DNA of 64,000 nt, from NCBI GenBank assembly GCA_965223545.1, contig OZ245006.1, positions 2,048,001-2,112,000 on the forward strand. Direction: 5' to 3'. Shown here in pieces: positions 9,966-20,063 of this stretch; positions within the stretch are counted from its first letter, which is position 1; each line of letters starts with the position of its first letter. The notes beneath the pieces were generated by a model. That model was not told the origin of the DNA, searched no databases, and saw nothing but the letters and a program-made list of their open reading frames with translations. The position numbers were made by a program, and so were the translations under genes. The stretch is from Planctomycetota bacterium. Lineage in GTDB: Bacteria; Planctomycetota; UBA1135; UBA2386.

Positions 9966-10266
9966 TCACAGCACCGCCCGAATCGGCGGCACGCCGGTCT
10001 TGCCATCGCGTCGCCCCGCCTCGCCGAACCCCCGGGCGCCGCAGTGCGCCTGATGCGCGCGACCGGTGAAGCTACCGCCGCGAACAACGCGCTCGGTGCC
10101 GGTCTCGACCAGCCGCTCGCCGTCGCCATCGCGCACTTCGCCAAAACGCGGCCACAGGTTGGCCGTGCCTCGCAGCGCGGCAGCCGAGGCCCCTGTGGAC
10201 CAGGGAGTGCTGGTTCCCGCCCGGCACGCGCGCCCCCCCACTGGGACTCGCTGGGCAGCTCGAGGC
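9966..10266 (-). pseudogene. remnant of a formylglycine-generating enzyme (SUMF1/FGE)-family domain
   Basis: LELPSESQW, a frameshift in the 7-C run at 10233-10239, then RACRAGTSTPWSTG...ANL joined directly to RDGDGERL...RVVRGGSF...GKTGV; the central GNVWEW core is missing. Confidence 0.7.
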
Positions 10267-10269
10267 TCG

Positions 10270-10374
10270 GCGAATGGTGCGATCTACAGCTTCGGCGGCC
10301 AACGGCCACTGCGCAGCCACGCCATAGGCCTCGGTGGAACCGGCGACGTCACCGCCACGCACATCCAATGGAGG
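10270..10374 (+). pseudogene. remnant of a PQQ-like/BamB-family beta-propeller gene
   Basis: ANGAIYSFGG...HAIGLGGTGDVTATHIQW matches the GGxGDVTxTHxxW motif of planctomycete PQQ-like propellers; no intact gene around it. Confidence 0.55.
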
Positions 10375-10417
10375 CCCCCTCCTGCCGTTACGTGACGACG
10401 CTGCTTTCGAGACGCAG

Positions 10418-11821
10418 TCAGCGATCGCCGTCCAGCCGCCGCACCCGGATCGTGCGGTAGCGCACTTCGTCGCCGTGGTCCTGCAGCGCGATGTGTCCGC
10501 GCTCCGCGGCCGCGAAGCCGGGCATGGTGGCGAACTTGCTCGCCGCGAGCCGGCGTTCCCAGTCCTCGCCCGCCATGCGGGTCTCGATCACGCGCACACC
10601 GTTCAACCAGTGCTCCACGGCGCGGCCGCGCACGACGATGCGCGCGGTGTTGAACTGGCCGGGCGGCCGCAGGACGACGCCCTGCGGCGCGACCAGGCCG
10701 TAGAGCGCGCCCGCCGAGATCGGCTGCTGCCGCGGCGCCTTGCCATCGTCGAGCACCTGGAACTCGGGACCGGTCTTCCAACACGCGTCCTCTGCCTCGG
10801 TGCAGCGGTAGATCACGCCGCTGTTGGCACCCTCGGCGACCGCCCACTCGAACCGCAGCTCGAAGTCGCCGAACTGCTCGCGGGTCACCAGGTCACCGCC
10901 GCCGCCGCCAGCGGCATGGCGCAGACAGCCGTCCTCGACTTGCCAACCCGATGCCGGAAACGCGTCGCGCCGATAGCCGCGCCAAGCCGCGGGGTCGCGA
11001 CCGTCGAACAGCAGCTCGAAGCCCGCCTGCTGCTCCTCGGCGGACAGCCGGTTGGGCACCGTCGCCGGCAGGGTGACGGCGCCGGTGGCCGCCCATTCGG
11101 TCCCGCGGGCGACCAACAGGCGAAACTGCGGATCCAAGAAGGACGCGCGGGTCGCCTCTTGGTTGCGCCAGACATGCCCCAAGGGAGTGTGGAACACGCG
11201 TCCCTCGCCGTGCTGCCGAACCAAGACCATCGGCTCGTACTCGCCCGTGCCGCCGGATTCGCGGGACGACAGCGCGTGTGCCAGCAATCGGTATTCACTG
11301 TCGTGCATGGGCACCAGCCGGTGGTAGAGCTCGTCCGGATGCGCGCGCAGGTCGTCCATGGCGCGGGTGATCGGGTGCTGCCGGTCGATGATCTCGACGT
11401 CGAAGGCGTGGAAGCGGCCGTGACCGGTGCCGCGACGCCAACAGAGCGCGACCATCTCCTCGTACTCCGCCCAACCGGGGAACGGGTTGTTGGCAGCGTG
11501 GATCACGGCCACGCCGAGCCCACTGCGCACCGCCTGCATGAATGCCTGCTCCGCGGCGTCGCCCCAGCGGGGGCCGTTGTAGTCCAGCACGACGGCGGCA
11601 TAGCGCTGCAGGGCGGCCGCATCGGCCAGCGCCTCCGCCGGCTCCGTGGTCACCTCGGCCCGAAACCGGCCGGTCTCCTGGAGCAGCTCCGCCAGCTGCG
11701 GCGCAGTCCACTCGCAATCGTGGTTGTTCTGGCCGGAGACGATGAGGACGTCGAGCACCGCGGCGTCCGATGGCGCTTGGACACCGGCGAGCAAGGTACT
11801 GAAGGCGAGTGCGAGCAACAT
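10418..11821 (-). CDS. ThuA-like plus DUF1080 (3-keto-disaccharide hydrolase) domain protein, secreted
   Basis: SGQNNHD and GRVFHTPLGH (ThuA); LFDGRD..WRGY, NSGVIY and GHIALQDHG (DUF1080); ATG 11821 with signal peptide. Confidence 0.9.
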   Translation of the reverse strand: MLLALAFSTLLAGVQAPSDAAVLDVLIVSGQNNHDCEWTAPQLAELLQETGRFRAEVTTEPAEALADAAALQRYAAVVLDYNGPRWGDAAEQAFMQAVRSGLGVAVIHAANNPFPGWAEYEEMVALCWRRGTGHGRFHAFDVEIIDRQHPITRAMDDLRAHPDELYHRLVPMHDSEYRLLAHALSSRESGGTGEYEPMVLVRQHGEGRVFHTPLGHVWRNQEATRASFLDPQFRLLVARGTEWAATGAVTLPATVPNRLSAEEQQAGFELLFDGRDPAAWRGYRRDAFPASGWQVEDGCLRHAAGGGGGDLVTREQFGDFELRFEWAVAEGANSGVIYRCTEAEDACWKTGPEFQVLDDGKAPRQQPISAGALYGLVAPQGVVLRPPGQFNTARIVVRGRAVEHWLNGVRVIETRMAGEDWERRLAASKFATMPGFAAAERGHIALQDHGDEVRYRTIRVRRLDGDR

Positions 11822-11889
11822 GGGAGACCTCGGAGCGGGTTCTGGCTTTGGCGCACCGCCGGCGCGCGCGACGCACACACCCTAATCGG

Positions 11890-14223
11890 TCACCGCCCCG
11901 ACAGCACGAGCGTGACGGCACCGGTGGCGCCGGCCACCGCGGTCAGCTGCGCCGAGCCCTGCCGCCAGCGGCCGAATCGATCGCGGTGCGCGGCGGTGAT
12001 CCGATACTCGCCCGGCGACAGGTCCGCGACCGCCGCGATGCCGTCTGGTCCGGTGATCCGCACGCGATCGCGGTCGCCACCTGCCAGCGCACGGACGACG
12101 ACCGGGCAGCCCGCCAGCGACGTGCCGAGGTCACCGATCACCGACACCTCGATTCCCGCGCGGGCCTCGAGGACGACGACCGCGCGCGCCGTCTCCGCAT
12201 CCGGCGCGACCACCAATTCGCGCACTCCGACCGGCCCGTCGGGCTGCGAGACTTCGACCGAATAGCGCCCGGCCGGCACGCCGACGAACCGGACATCCCC
12301 GTTCGCGTCCGCGTGCCCGACCGCGTCGACCCCCGGCATGCCGGCGCCCGGCGGCACGCCCCAGAGCTCACCATCGCCGGCGACGACCAGCGGCACGAGC
12401 CGCACCTTTGCCCCGGCCAACGGCGCCGCCGGGCTGCGCCGCACCGCCACCTCGACTGCCGCGACCCGGACCACCGACAGCTCCGCCGGAGTCGCCTCCG
12501 CAGCCACAGCCACCACACGCAGGGCACACACCGGTGCGCCGGGGATGCGGACCGCCGCCACGTAGTCGCCACCGGCCAGCCCACGGAACTCGAAGGCACC
12601 GCCGGCGTCGGTCTGCGCTGAGGGAGCCGGAGCCAACGGACGCAGCGCCTGGACACCGGCGGTGTCGCGCGGCGGCAGCGCCTGCAGTCGCACCGCGGCG
12701 CCGGCGACCGCCACTCCGTCGCTCCGGACCACTCCCGACAGAGTCACCCCCCGCCACGCGCCGACCGGCGGCGAGACCGTGTCGCCCGCCGCCACCGACA
12801 GCCGGTGCACTTCCGCACCCGCGACCCGCCAGCCGCCGTCGGCCGCCGCCAGCACCGCGCCGGGCCGCGCCCGAGCGAAGTCGTATTCCCCGCTGATCAG
12901 CTCCACCGGCCCGTCGCGCCCCACGTCCGCAGTCACCCGCCGCAATGCGCGCCACGGTGCGGCGTCCGCCGGCCCGAGCAACAGCACCTCCGCCGGCGCT
13001 TCCGCGTCGTCGAAGACGGCCGAAAGCGCCACCGAGCCGGTCGCCCGCAGCACCAGTCGCTGCGGACCGACCGGCGAAGTGAGATCCACCGAGCGGACCA
13101 CGGACCGCTCGTCTCCAAGCATGGCGTGCAGGCGCACCCTGGTCTCCGGCAACGCACCGAACACGGCCCGCCCCGCCCCGTCGGTGCGCCTCGCGCGCGG
13201 GCGCTCGTCGGCGGCCGCGGACCCGGCGTCGCCGGGCGGCTGCACGACGACCTCGGCTCCCGACACCGGCACTCCGTTGCGGTCGACCACCTCGATCTCG
13301 AGCCGGGCACCGCGCGCGGCAACCAACCGAACACCGTCGACGACTCCGCCCGCGGCCAGCTCGAACAGCTCTCCGATGACGACGCGATGGTCCTCGCCGC
13401 GCGCCTGCAACCGGATCGCACCGGCAGCAACGGCCGGCAAGACGAAGCCGCCGTCGGCGCCCGTCGACACCTCCTGCACCACCGAGTGAGGAGCGCGATC
13501 AGCGGAGGCGCGCACCACGACCACCTCGCTGCCGGCGAGCGGCGTCCCGTCGCGGCCGACCAACACCCCTTCGATGCGACCGGCCGGCCGCAACTCGATC
13601 TCCAGGCCCGCCACCCGACCCGCGACGTCGCGCAGCTCCACCGACTCGTACCCGGCGCAGCGCACCTCGATCGTGACCGGCACTCCAGCGGGCAGCGGCC
13701 CGACGGAATAGCCGCCCTCGGCATCGGTGAAGGCCACCGCGTCGCGCACCGCCCCGGTCAGCGCGTCGAGCACCGCGATGACCTGCGCACCGGCGATCGG
13801 TGCCCCATTGGGCGTGCGCACCCGGCCGGCGACGTTGCCACCGCGCGGCAGCGTCAGCGACGCCGTGGCGCGCCGCCGCTGCGGCTCGATGTGCACCGTC
13901 GTCTCCGCCGGCAGGTGCCCCTCGGCCTCGCCGTAGACGACGTAGTCGCCCGCCGGCACGCCATCGACGCGGTACGCCCCCTGCGCGTCGGCACGCACCG
14001 AGGCAAACGCCTTGCGGTCTTCGTGGCTGCCGACGCGCAGCACCGCGACCAACTCGATCAGGCCGCCCACGACCGGCTCGCCGCGGTCGTCGAGCAGCTC
14101 GCCGGTGAGCCGCGCGCCCGGCAGCAGACCACGCGCCGCCCCCGGCGCGGGTTCGCCGCCGACCAGCGCGAACAGCAGCGCGCCGACTGCCAACAGCGAG
14201 ACCGCGAGCAGGCCGTTGCGCAT
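11890..14223 (-). CDS. carboxypeptidase regulatory-like (prealbumin-fold) repeat protein
   Basis: Repeated GxVxxxxGxPxxGAxV...TDxxGxF/Y units; N-terminal hydrophobic anchor. Confidence 0.85.
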   Translation of the reverse strand: MRNGLLAVSLLAVGALLFALVGGEPAPGAARGLLPGARLTGELLDDRGEPVVGGLIELVAVLRVGSHEDRKAFASVRADAQGAYRVDGVPAGDYVVYGEAEGHLPAETTVHIEPQRRRATASLTLPRGGNVAGRVRTPNGAPIAGAQVIAVLDALTGAVRDAVAFTDAEGGYSVGPLPAGVPVTIEVRCAGYESVELRDVAGRVAGLEIELRPAGRIEGVLVGRDGTPLAGSEVVVVRASADRAPHSVVQEVSTGADGGFVLPAVAAGAIRLQARGEDHRVVIGELFELAAGGVVDGVRLVAARGARLEIEVVDRNGVPVSGAEVVVQPPGDAGSAAADERPRARRTDGAGRAVFGALPETRVRLHAMLGDERSVVRSVDLTSPVGPQRLVLRATGSVALSAVFDDAEAPAEVLLLGPADAAPWRALRRVTADVGRDGPVELISGEYDFARARPGAVLAAADGGWRVAGAEVHRLSVAAGDTVSPPVGAWRGVTLSGVVRSDGVAVAGAAVRLQALPPRDTAGVQALRPLAPAPSAQTDAGGAFEFRGLAGGDYVAAVRIPGAPVCALRVVAVAAEATPAELSVVRVAAVEVAVRRSPAAPLAGAKVRLVPLVVAGDGELWGVPPGAGMPGVDAVGHADANGDVRFVGVPAGRYSVEVSQPDGPVGVRELVVAPDAETARAVVVLEARAGIEVSVIGDLGTSLAGCPVVVRALAGGDRDRVRITGPDGIAAVADLSPGEYRITAAHRDRFGRWRQGSAQLTAVAGATGAVTLVLSGR

Positions 14224-14419
14224 CAGGGCAAACGCGGCGAAGAGTCGGACATCCGCCCATCGTGGCGGCTGGGCCCGGGCCGGCGCAAGCGCCGGACGCG
14301 GAGAGCACGCATACGGCCCGCCGTCGGTGCCCGCGGGCTACTGCAGGGCCACCGCGCACCTGCTATCGTCTGCCCCCCATCCGACCCGGAGGACTCCTCC
14401 AGAATCCGAACCTCCCGCC

Positions 14420-15823
14420 ATGCCCCACGGACGCCACCTCTTCCTCGTCGCTCTTCTCGCCAGCACCGCCGCCCCCGGCCAAGTCACCTGGACCCAGCAG
14501 GGCCCCGCGACGCAGCCTTCGGCGCGGTCGATGCACGCGGTCGAGACCATGTCTCGCCACGGCCAAGTCCTCCTGTTCGGCGGCGAGACGACGAACGGTA
14601 GCGGCTATCTCAACGACACGTGGACCTACGCCAACGGCGCCTGGACCCATCTGGTTTCGGCGAGCAGCACCGCCGCGTCGCGGCGCGGTGGCCACGCCAT
14701 GTGCTACGACCTGATCCGCGACCGCGTGGTCCTGTTCTCGGGCTGGGACGGCGCGCGCTACCCGAACGACACCTGGGAGTTCGATCCCGGCACCACCACC
14801 TGGAACAGTCCGGCATCGTCGACCTCGACCGCTCCGCAGGGCCGCGACTGGGGGACGCTCACCTACGACACCGCGCGCCAGGTGAGCGTGCTGTTCGGCG
14901 GCCACGACTGGACCCTGCCGATCAACAAGCTCGACGACACCTGGCTCTGGGACGGCACCACCTGGACGCTCACGACTCCGGCGACGTCTCCGGGCAAGCG
15001 CTTCGGCCACGCCGCCGCCTACGACCCGGGCACCCGCCGCGTCATCATGTTCGGTGGCGCGGTGGACGGCATCGGCATCGCCAACGACACCTGGGCGTGG
15101 GACGGCACCAACTGGCAGCAGCTGGCGCCGGCGCAGTCGCCCCCGGCGCGCGTGTTCCACGCCATGGACTACGACCTGCAGCGCAACCGCATCGTGATGT
15201 TCGGCGGCAACACCAACGGCACGCTGGCCAACGACGTGTGGGAATGGGACGGCTCCAACTGGCTGCCGCGCACGCCGGTCACGCCGTCGCCGACCGCCCG
15301 CTACTTCACCGACATCGCCTTCGATCTGACGTCGATGGAGACCATGCTGTTCGGCGGCTCGACGCAGATCGGCCGCGTCGGCAACGTCAATGACACCTGG
15401 CTGTACGGACCACAGTTTCCGGCCGCGGTGCAACCGTTCGGCAGCGCGTGCGGCGCGCCGGCGCTGAGCTGCGGCCCGCCCGCCTGGCTCGGCTCGGTGT
15501 TCGGTGTCACGGTCAGCGGCGCACCGGCCGGCGCGCCCATCGGCCTGGTCGCCGGGCTGTCCAACACCACCACCTCGGGCGGAGTTCCACTGCCGCTCTC
15601 CCTGCTCTTCTTGGGCATCCCCTGCAACCTTCTGGTGGACCCGGTGCTGAACCTACCACCGGTGGTCGCCCCCACCGGCACCGCCAGCATCAGCTTCCCG
15701 CTGCCGACCTTGCCGACACTCGCCGGCGTCTCGCTCTATACGCAAGCGCTGGTCGTCGACTTCAGCGCCCCCGGCAGCGTCGTGCTGACCGCAGGGTGCG
15801 ATCACTCGCTGGGCGGCCTGTAG
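14420..15823 (+). CDS. secreted Kelch-like beta-propeller protein with C-terminal accessory domain
   Basis: Repeats HAMxYD...VMFGG...NDTWxWDG; signal peptide from ATG 14420. Confidence 0.85.
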   Translation: MPHGRHLFLVALLASTAAPGQVTWTQQGPATQPSARSMHAVETMSRHGQVLLFGGETTNGSGYLNDTWTYANGAWTHLVSASSTAASRRGGHAMCYDLIRDRVVLFSGWDGARYPNDTWEFDPGTTTWNSPASSTSTAPQGRDWGTLTYDTARQVSVLFGGHDWTLPINKLDDTWLWDGTTWTLTTPATSPGKRFGHAAAYDPGTRRVIMFGGAVDGIGIANDTWAWDGTNWQQLAPAQSPPARVFHAMDYDLQRNRIVMFGGNTNGTLANDVWEWDGSNWLPRTPVTPSPTARYFTDIAFDLTSMETMLFGGSTQIGRVGNVNDTWLYGPQFPAAVQPFGSACGAPALSCGPPAWLGSVFGVTVSGAPAGAPIGLVAGLSNTTTSGGVPLPLSLLFLGIPCNLLVDPVLNLPPVVAPTGTASISFPLPTLPTLAGVSLYTQALVVDFSAPGSVVLTAGCDHSLGGL

Positions 15824-15835
15824 TCTTAGCTCGCA

Positions 15836-16225
15836 GTGCCGTACGACCCCGAGCGCCACGGCCCCAAACGCGTCGTCGGCGACGGGTTCCACCGCCAAGT
15901 GCGCGCCGTCGTCGGCCGCGTTCCCGCCGGGCGGGTCACCACCTACGGTGACGTCGCGGCGGCGCTCGGCCTGCGCGGCGCTGCCCGCCACGTCGGCTTC
16001 GCCCTGGCGGCACTGCCCGCCGGCGACGATACGGTGCCCTGGCACCGGGTCGTCAATGCCAGCGGGCGGCTGGCACTGCGCGCCGACGGGGGACCGAGCG
16101 TCGAGCAGGCACGCCGCCTCCGCAAAGAGGGAATCGAGGTGACCGCCCGCGGGCACGTCGTCGGGTTTGCCGCCCTGCGCCACACTCTGCGGGACGCCGA
16201 AGGCACCGGCGGGGCGGGTTCGTGA
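15836..16225 (+). CDS. alkyltransferase-like (ATL/MGMT family) DNA-binding protein
   Basis: VPAGRVTTYGDVA, ARHVGFAL and VPWHRVVNASG (Trp in place of the catalytic Cys). Confidence 0.9.
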   Translation: MPYDPERHGPKRVVGDGFHRQVRAVVGRVPAGRVTTYGDVAAALGLRGAARHVGFALAALPAGDDTVPWHRVVNASGRLALRADGGPSVEQARRLRKEGIEVTARGHVVGFAALRHTLRDAEGTGGAGS

Positions 16226-16325
16226 TCGCCCGTTGGCGCACGATTTGCATGGTTGCCCAGTGCCCGGGTGTGCTGTCGCCCGGGCGCGACACCCCGCCCC
16301 GCTCTACTTGCCGCCGAGCCGACGC

Positions 16326-18362
16326 ATGCTCCGACGCCTCCAGCCCAACACGGACGACCCCAGCCGATACGCCGCACTCGGCGCGCTGCTCCTGATCGCC
16401 TTCGCCTGCGGCGGCTCCGGTGGGGACTCCGTCGGCACCGGCAGGCCGCGCACCTCGCCGGTGCTGCGCACCTTCGCTTCGGAGCAAGAGCTGCTGGCGA
16501 CGCTGCGCGACAATGTGCGCGAGCGCACGGAGGCCTTTCTCGAGCGCGCGCTGCAGCCGCCCAGCTCGCACACGATGCCGATCGCCGCCGGCGCCGGCCA
16601 GGGCACGCCAACGTTCTCCCGCACCAATACACAGGAGCCCGACGTCGACGAGCCCGACATCGTGAAGACCGACGGGCAGCGCATCCACCTGCTCAACGGT
16701 GACCGACTCGAGATCCTCGAGGTGCCGGCCGTCGGCCAGCTCACGCACCGGGGAACCCTGGCCCTCGAGGGCGAACCGATCGAGCTCCTGCTGCGCGGCG
16801 ACCAAGCGGTGGTCTTCACCATCCTGTCCCTGACCGCGCTCCCGCCGGGGCACGCGTTGCTGCCGCTGGCGCCGAAAGTCCCGGTCGGGCCCGCGCCGGC
16901 ATTGCGCAGCCCGCTGTGGACCAAGGTCACGGTCGTCGACACGTCCGACCCCACTGCGCCAGCGGTGGATCACGAGATCTTCGTCGAGGCCAGCTACAAG
17001 ACCGCACGCCAGATCGGCGACGCGGTGCGGATGATCACGCACGCCGAGTTGCACATCAGCGGTTTGGCCTACTTCCCGTTCTTGCCGGCCAACTACCCCG
17101 CACTCACCCCGGCCGAACAAGAACGCGCGCGCATCGCCGGCGCCGCAGCCGCGAGCCGCGCCAACGAGCAGCGCCTCGCCGCAACGACGTTGGCCGACTT
17201 CGTCCCGCTGATCTACCACCGCACACCCGGCACCGCCCTCACCGCGTGGGACCTGAACCGCAACGGCGCCCGCGACTTCTCGGTCGCGGCCGACGCGTTC
17301 GCCACCGGTGTCACCTCCGTGCTGACGCTCGGCCTGACTCCGGCGCGACCGATTCTGGACACCGACCACGTGATCGCCAACGAGCCGCGGGTCTACGCCT
17401 CGCCGACGACCTTGCTGCTGGCCGAGCCCGCCGAGGGCCAATGGTGGCACAGCGTGCTGCCCCGGCCGATCCAACCGGCGAGCAACATCCACCGGTTCGA
17501 CATCTCGGACCCGCATGCTACGCACTACACCGGCAGCGGCCGCGTGGACGGCACGATCCCGAGCTCGTTCGCGCTGTCCGAACACCAGGGCCGCATCCGC
17601 GCGGCGGCGACGACCCAGCAGCCGGTGCTCGAGAGTCACGTCTACGTGCTCGAGGGAGGCCGCGAGATGAGCGTCGTCGGCCACGTCGGCGGACTGGGGA
17701 TCGACGAGACCCTGTGGTCGTGCCGGTTTGGCGACGACGAGTGCTACGTCGTGACGTTCGAGACCATCGACCCGCTGTTCGTCATCGATCTCAGCGACCC
17801 GCGCCGGCCGCGACTGCGCGGCGAGTTGGAGGTCGAAGGGGTCTCGACCTACATCCACCAGCGCAACAGCGCCGGACAGCTGCTCACCATCGGTCTGAAC
17901 ACCAACTCCGAACCGACGATCTCGCTGTTCGACGTCCGCAACCCGGAGTCACCGACCCTCGCCGCCCGCCGCGACCTGCCGGTGCCGAGCCAGACCGGCG
18001 GTTGGCGCCGCATCTGGAGCCAGGCGTTGTTCGACCCGCGGGCGTTCAACTACTGGGAGCGGCTGGGCCTGCTGGCCGTTCCCGTCGACAGCGGCCGCTG
18101 GCGGCCGCTGACCAACACCTACGAGAACTTCAGCCAGCTGCAGCTGCTGGCGGTCGGCACCAACGGCACGCTGCAGCCGTACGGCGCGATCGACCACGCC
18201 GAGTTCTTCAACAGCGCGCCGGGGCGGGTCTGGAACGACACCGCCATCCGCCGGGCGATCTTCTTCGACGACCACGTGTACGCGATCAGCAACCGCGCGA
18301 TCACCGCCCACGACACCGCGACGCTGCAGCGCACCGCGGTGGTCAAGCTGCCGGGCGAGTGA
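16326..18362 (+). CDS. beta-propeller domain lipoprotein (Beta_propel family)
   Basis: TNTQEPDVDEPDIVKTDG, VVTFETIDPLFVIDLSDP and GELEVEGVSTYIH; lipobox-like IAFAC. Confidence 0.85.
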   Translation: MLRRLQPNTDDPSRYAALGALLLIAFACGGSGGDSVGTGRPRTSPVLRTFASEQELLATLRDNVRERTEAFLERALQPPSSHTMPIAAGAGQGTPTFSRTNTQEPDVDEPDIVKTDGQRIHLLNGDRLEILEVPAVGQLTHRGTLALEGEPIELLLRGDQAVVFTILSLTALPPGHALLPLAPKVPVGPAPALRSPLWTKVTVVDTSDPTAPAVDHEIFVEASYKTARQIGDAVRMITHAELHISGLAYFPFLPANYPALTPAEQERARIAGAAAASRANEQRLAATTLADFVPLIYHRTPGTALTAWDLNRNGARDFSVAADAFATGVTSVLTLGLTPARPILDTDHVIANEPRVYASPTTLLLAEPAEGQWWHSVLPRPIQPASNIHRFDISDPHATHYTGSGRVDGTIPSSFALSEHQGRIRAAATTQQPVLESHVYVLEGGREMSVVGHVGGLGIDETLWSCRFGDDECYVVTFETIDPLFVIDLSDPRRPRLRGELEVEGVSTYIHQRNSAGQLLTIGLNTNSEPTISLFDVRNPESPTLAARRDLPVPSQTGGWRRIWSQALFDPRAFNYWERLGLLAVPVDSGRWRPLTNTYENFSQLQLLAVGTNGTLQPYGAIDHAEFFNSAPGRVWNDTAIRRAIFFDDHVYAISNRAITAHDTATLQRTAVVKLPGE

Positions 18363-18369
18363 CCCGACG

Positions 18370-19113
18370 TCAGTTGACGACCACCCAGAAGTTGCCGTCG
18401 ACGCCGGTGGCGTTGGCGGCCACGGAGTGCACCATCAGCGTGTTGTTGCTGGCGACCGCGCTGAGGGCGGCGTTGTCCGCCGGCACGTTGGTGCCGCCGT
18501 AGCGCGTGGTCTGGTTGTTGGCGGACAGGACCTCGCCGTTCTGACTGGCGAAGAACGCGCGCACCCCGCTCATGCCGTACACCGACGGCCAGGCATAGCA
18601 TGCCCAATAGCCGCTCGCCAGCGTCGCCTCGACCGCCGGATACGACGCCGACGTCGCCTCCTCGTCCAACCAGGCGCCGCCGCCGCCGGGCAGGAACAGC
18701 TCGAAGTAGTAGCCCGAGTGCAGCATCCGCCCATCGGCGTCGAGCAACGCGTGTGACTGCGGCAGGATCGAAGGTGAGACGCGGAAGGCACTGGTTCCGC
18801 TCGCCGGGGATCCCTCGCGCACGCCGCGCGTGCCGGTGAGCTCCTGGAAGTAGCCGTACTCACCCGCCCCGTTGCCGTCGGTGTCGATGAACGCGGTCGA
18901 CGAGATCTGCGCCTGCGCCGACATCAGGTTCTTGAGGGTGGCGATCGCGGTCTTCTCGTTCGCGTTGATCCGCGCCGAGATCATGTTGGGGATCGCGATG
19001 GACGCCAGGATGGCGATGATCGCGACCACGATCATCAGCTCGATCAGCGTGAACCCCCGGGCGGCGCGCAGCGCGCCGGCTTCTCTCGGTCGCGTAGCCG
19101 GAATCATCGACAC
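18370..19113 (-). CDS. prepilin-type N-terminal cleavage/methylation protein with DUF2950-like C-terminal domain
   Basis: G|FTLIELMIVVAIIAILASIAIP; SGYYF...YAWPSVYGMSGVRAFF. Confidence 0.9.
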   Translation of the reverse strand: MSMIPATRPREAGALRAARGFTLIELMIVVAIIAILASIAIPNMISARINANEKTAIATLKNLMSAQAQISSTAFIDTDGNGAGEYGYFQELTGTRGVREGSPASGTSAFRVSPSILPQSHALLDADGRMLHSGYYFELFLPGGGGAWLDEEATSASYPAVEATLASGYWACYAWPSVYGMSGVRAFFASQNGEVLSANNQTTRYGGTNVPADNAALSAVASNNTLMVHSVAANATGVDGNFWVVVN

Positions 19114-19170
19114 TCGACCATCGACCGTCCGACGCCAGCGACTGTAGAACTACGGGCCCCGGACGGCCCT

Positions 19171-19193
19171 CGGCGTCTCGAACCGAGACGCCG
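19171..19193. terminator. perfect 10-bp stem hairpin downstream of the HEAT-repeat gene
   Basis: CGGCGTCTCG-AAC-CGAGACGCCG; no U-tract. Confidence 0.5.
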
Positions 19194-19208
19194 GCCTCGT
19201 GCAGAGGG

Positions 19209-19940
19209 CTACTGCTTGTCCTCGCGCGGCCGGCCGACCAGGCTGGTCTTGATCGCGCCGATCGCCTCCCGGGCCGCCATCGAGGTGAGCACGTCGCCGG
19301 GACGCTGCATCACCTGCTCGAGGGCGTCGATCGCGACCTCTGCCGCTGGTCCCATGGTGCCCAGCGCGCGCGCGGCGTCGCGCTGCAACGGGGCGAGCTC
19401 CTGAAAGCGCGAAGGGTGCGGCGGCGGCGGACGGCGCAGCACCTCGATCAGCACGGGCACCGCGTCGGCGGCGCTGGTGCCGAGCGCGCCCAGGGCTCGC
19501 AGCGCAGCCCGCGCCGATTCGTGACCGAGCTGGCTCAAGTCGTGCTGGCGCCGCGCCGTCGCCGCCAAGCCGTCGACGACGCCGGGGCCGACGACGCCGA
19601 TGGCACCCAGCGCTTCGGCGGCCGCCTGCGCATTGGAACGGACGGGAACCAGCTCACGAGTGGTCTCCGCCGCCGCCAGCATGCGCACCAGCGCCGGCAC
19701 CGCATCGCGGGCGCGGCCGCCGAAGCGTTGCATGGCGAACGCCGCCGTGTGCTGCACGTCGGGATCCAAGTCCGACAGACGGGGGAGCCAGGCCGCCAGC
19801 GGCTCGCCGCGGAACTGCGGCTCGGCGGCCTCCTGCCGTGGACCGAACCCAGCGGTCGCCGCCACGGCGACCACCCCCGCCAGTGCCAGCAACGCCCGTC
19901 CACCGCGGGGAGAGAATCGCGCTCGGTCAGCTTGTCGCAT
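19209..19940 (-). CDS. HEAT-repeat domain protein, probably exported
   Basis: DAVPALVRML, AAAEALGAIG and AARALGTMGPAAEVAIDAL repeats; AAGGAG RBS before ATG 19940. Confidence 0.85.
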   Translation of the reverse strand: MRQADRARFSPRGGRALLALAGVVAVAATAGFGPRQEAAEPQFRGEPLAAWLPRLSDLDPDVQHTAAFAMQRFGGRARDAVPALVRMLAAAETTRELVPVRSNAQAAAEALGAIGVVGPGVVDGLAATARRQHDLSQLGHESARAALRALGALGTSAADAVPVLIEVLRRPPPPHPSRFQELAPLQRDAARALGTMGPAAEVAIDALEQVMQRPGDVLTSMAAREAIGAIKTSLVGRPREDKQ

Positions 19941-20063
19941 GAAGGCTCCTTTCGGCCATCGGTTGTCGTCGATGATAGGAGCGAGGGCCGCGCCGGGTCG
20001 ACGGCGCGGCCCACCCCCGTCACTCGTCACCCGCAAAGATCTCTTCCCCAACGGACGCAAACG

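Noticed and set aside
9966..10266. FGE/CLec-like non-coding fragment as a diversity-generating retroelement template repeat
   Set aside because: No reverse transcriptase or Avd in the window, no near-identical variable repeat (the FGE gene at 47555 is dissimilar), and no AAC-rich pattern
15836..16225. Loss of the catalytic Cys in the MGMT-like gene as a novelty
   Set aside because: PWHRV is the normal signature of the known ATL family
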